Positions 8,995-11,034 of a stretch of DNA of 11,034 nt are shown one piece after another; the stretch's first letter is position 1, and every line of letters begins with the position of its first letter. The position numbers and the translations under genes are program-made. This stretch comes from Octopus sinensis (Eukaryota). The notes beneath the pieces were generated by a model. It made no database searches. It was not told the origin of the DNA and saw only the letters and a list, made by a program, of their open reading frames with translations. Location of the stretch: positions 1-11,034 of the forward strand of contig NW_021827194.1 of the NCBI RefSeq assembly GCF_006345805.1. The letters are read 5' to 3'.

Positions 8995-9039
8995 GGACCA
9001 CTGATGCGGTCACAGGCGTGTGACGAAAGAACTCTGGCC
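8995..9039 (+). ncRNA. Minimal type I hammerhead-like fold, A9C variant
   Basis: GGACCA CUGAUGC G GUCACA GGCG UGUGAC GAAA GAACU C UGGCC. Perfect 6-bp stem II, stem I CCA/UGG plus GG/CC across a bulged A, helix III AGAACU (one change from palindrome AGUACU), CUC triplet (position 17 at 9034). Confidence 0.6.
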
Positions 9040-9172
9040 GAAATAAGATTAAGATTAATGTAAAAAATAAATAACACTGAAGCAAAATAACACCAAATAT
9101 ATAGTGCGTGAGTTTTTATTGGCTAAACTGGCAAAATGACCATTCCGAAATATAACAATATATATATATATA

Positions 9173-9307
9173 AATGATTGCAGTGTGGAAGGGGTTTATA
9201 AGCCTTTTAAGAAACACACAAAAACCGTTAAATTCACTTCAACATTTAAATTTAATTTGCCAAAATATTTTCGTCTCTTTGAGACCGCGACTTGTTCACT
9301 GACAAAA
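9173..9307 (-). mobile_element. Short hammerhead-bearing repeat abutting (TA)7 (Penelope pLTR-like)
   Basis: Begins right after TA tract 9159-9172 and carries the fold at 9256-9306. The layout is the same as copies 1463-1644 and 1913-2076 but the sequence is unrelated. Repeat status is inferred, since there is only one copy in the window. Confidence 0.5.
9256..9306 (-). ncRNA. Hammerhead-like fold with swapped G3-C8 core pair
   Basis: UUUGUCA GUGAACA A GUCGC GGUCUCAAA GAGAC GAAA AUAUU U UGGCAAA. 7-bp stem I (one G-U), stem II 4 of 5 pairs, palindromic AAUAUU helix III, UUU triplet (position 17 at 9263). Confidence 0.55.
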
Positions 9308-9314
9308 CTATATA

Positions 9315-9370
9315 AAGCGATCTGACAGGAAAGTTAGCACGCCGTTACTATCTGCTGTATTCTTTGAGCT
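9315..9370 (+). mobile_element. Decayed, internally deleted 5' fragment of SINE family 2
   Basis: gcgatctgacaggaaagttagcacgccg aligns with gcgagctggcagaaacgttagcacgccg of the 6560-6796 copy. Confidence 0.6.
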
Positions 9371-9393
9371 ATTATTAATATTAGCTATTTCCG

Positions 9394-9535
9394 AAGTTGA
9401 GGGGCTGGCAGAATCGTTGACATGCCGGGCAAAAAGATTTGCGTACGAAACATGTTGCACGTCTTTGCGATCTTAGTTTCAATTTCGCCGAACTCCACCT
9501 TGCCTCTCATCATTTCGAAGTCGATAAAATAAATG
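9394..9535 (+). mobile_element. Old diverged copy of SINE family 2, 3'-truncated
   Basis: gctggcagaatcgttgacatgccgggcaaaa...tttcaatttcgccg...ttgcctctcatcatttcgaagtcgataaaataa is colinear with ~6574-6696. Confidence 0.75.
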
Positions 9536-9961
9536 CTCTTTAAGCACTGCCGTAAACCTAATCTACGTTATCCCCTCTCCTGGAACTGCTGGTCTTCTGG
9601 CAAAATTTGAAATCATTATCCTCCATTTCCATTGAACTGTTCTCGTTTCCCATACCGCTTCATAAGACCACTGCATGCAGTACCAGTTTTAACTATACTA
9701 GTTATATGCCTACATCCTTCTATTAGCTAATGTTAGGTTATCCTATTGTCAGATAATTATCCTGCTCATTACAGTGTGTCCTTAGGTGATGAATTTTATT
9801 ATTTGAATTAAGTTTATATTAACATTCGTTATTTGAGTTCATTAGCTATACCAGAACCCTCTCTGTTTGTCGGGTATGTTCTGCGTCTGCGCAATGGTCT
9901 GAAAAGTTAGAGAATGCAAGTCAGTAGAGTCGCACATGCTTCTATTGATATGTACTTCTAG

Positions 9962-10064
9962 GATAACAAAGGCTGCTTACTGAAGGGTCTAGCCTTAGCA
10001 GATAAATTATATTTACTGCTGAAAAAGACGAAACTGCAGTATAAGATGAACCGAGTTTGTAATC
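9962..10064 (+). ncRNA. Type I hammerhead-like fold with extended stems I and II, A9G variant
   Basis: CUUA CUGAAGG GUCU-[AGCCUU AGCAG A UAAAU UAU AUUUA CUGCU GAAAA]-AGAC GAAA CUGCAGU A UAAG. Palindromic ACUGCAGU helix III (10033-10040), GUA triplet (position 17 at 10041). Stem I extends through GG/CC, ACAAA/UUUGU and GAU/AUC with internal loops. Confidence 0.72.
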
Positions 10065-10179
10065 ATTTTTAATTTTCATTTCATTGAATTTATCCAATTT
10101 TTGTGTATCTAATACTCGCTTCTTCTTTTAGAGGCCTTAAATGTACTTATATATGAATAACATATAGCCTAATGGCTAA

Positions 10180-11034
10180 CATGTCTTTTGTGCTAGATCA
10201 CCGGTAATAATAATTTATTTTATTGCCTATCTGTAGATAGGTAGATAGGTGCAGGGAAAAGATCCTTAGATTATTTGTGATTTCACAAAATCTTTTGACA
10301 AGGTATGTTGTGACGGATTACGAAGTTCCTGGCAATTCTAGAGGAAACTGCGCAAATACTAAATGTGATTATAGCATTGCACAGGTATATAAGATCCTTT
10401 GTTATCTCAAAGGAGGGTCAATAACAACCATTTCGTATGACGATTGGTACAAGACAAGGCTGTGTGTTATTCGCATTGTATTTTGCAGTCATGATAGATT
10501 GGAATATCGTAAAATTTTTAATGCTAAACCGGAATATACTTTCAAACTATAAAAGAGTTACTATATGCAGGTATATGTGCAGTGCATGTTCATTTCCTGT
10601 ATTAAACAAATCATTGAACTGTACCAAACAAATTTGTTAATACGAAACAAATTCCAGCCAGAACGATAATTATTAAAGACAAAACTCATTGAGGCATGCG
10701 CTAGCAATAATCCATATATTATGTCTAGAGTGATTGTATAAAGAAAAGGTCTAAAACAACTGTTAGCAATTTTGAAAATCTTGACTCTATGGTAACCAAC
10801 GTTGCTAAGCATTATAAAGAAATTGAAAACAAGTTCAGCTTTTGAGAAACTGCAAAAGAGACTTTAGAATGCTATTGCTTTCTCTATTGAAACCAAACTT
10901 GAAATCGATAAATCATTCGTATTAAGCACACTCTTGCTTTGGCGAGACTTGGACCTCCTACAGGATGCATTTTAATCAATTACATAACTTTCATTTGAGA
11001 TGTCTAAGCAAATCTACAAAATAAAATGAGACGA
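10180..11034 (+). mobile_element. Decayed RTE-clade LINE reverse transcriptase region, running off the window end
   Basis: With stops and frameshifts: DFTKSFDKV; QPFRMTIGTRQGCVLFALYF; ELLYAGICA (decayed YADD at 10564-10575); SSAFEKLQKRL*...TKLEIDKSFVLSTLL/FGETWTSYRMHFNQLHNFHLRCLSKIYKIK*D. These match RTE RT and thumb-region motifs. Confidence 0.92.

Overview
AT-rich, microsatellite-dense eukaryotic non-coding DNA; the repeat types suggest an octopus/coleoid cephalopod genome (inference from recalled repeat families, not from a search). I found no intact protein-coding gene; most ORFs in the track are translations of (TA)n, (GT)n or (GAT)n tracts. Supported content: (1) a decayed, apparently intronless, 5'-truncated DNAJA (type I Hsp40) pseudogene on the minus strand (6431-7093) with two nonsense codons, an ~80-codon in-frame internal deletion and a SINE insertion with an 18-bp TSD; (2) two decayed RTE-clade LINE fragments (7100-7500 minus, abutting the DNAJA copy; 10180-11034 plus); (3) two tRNA-derived SINE families, one copy split between its Pol III A and B boxes by a 202-bp unknown insert with an 18-bp direct repeat; (4) five hammerhead-ribozyme-like folds with palindromic or near-palindromic helix III and non-canonical cores (A6U, A6C, A9C, G3-C8 swap, A9G). 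Their 3' flanks end about 90-125 nt downstream in TA tracts, and two converge tail-to-tail on one (TA)7. These resemble Penelope-like-element/retrozyme repeats. All folds and alignments were done by eye and catalytic activity is untested.
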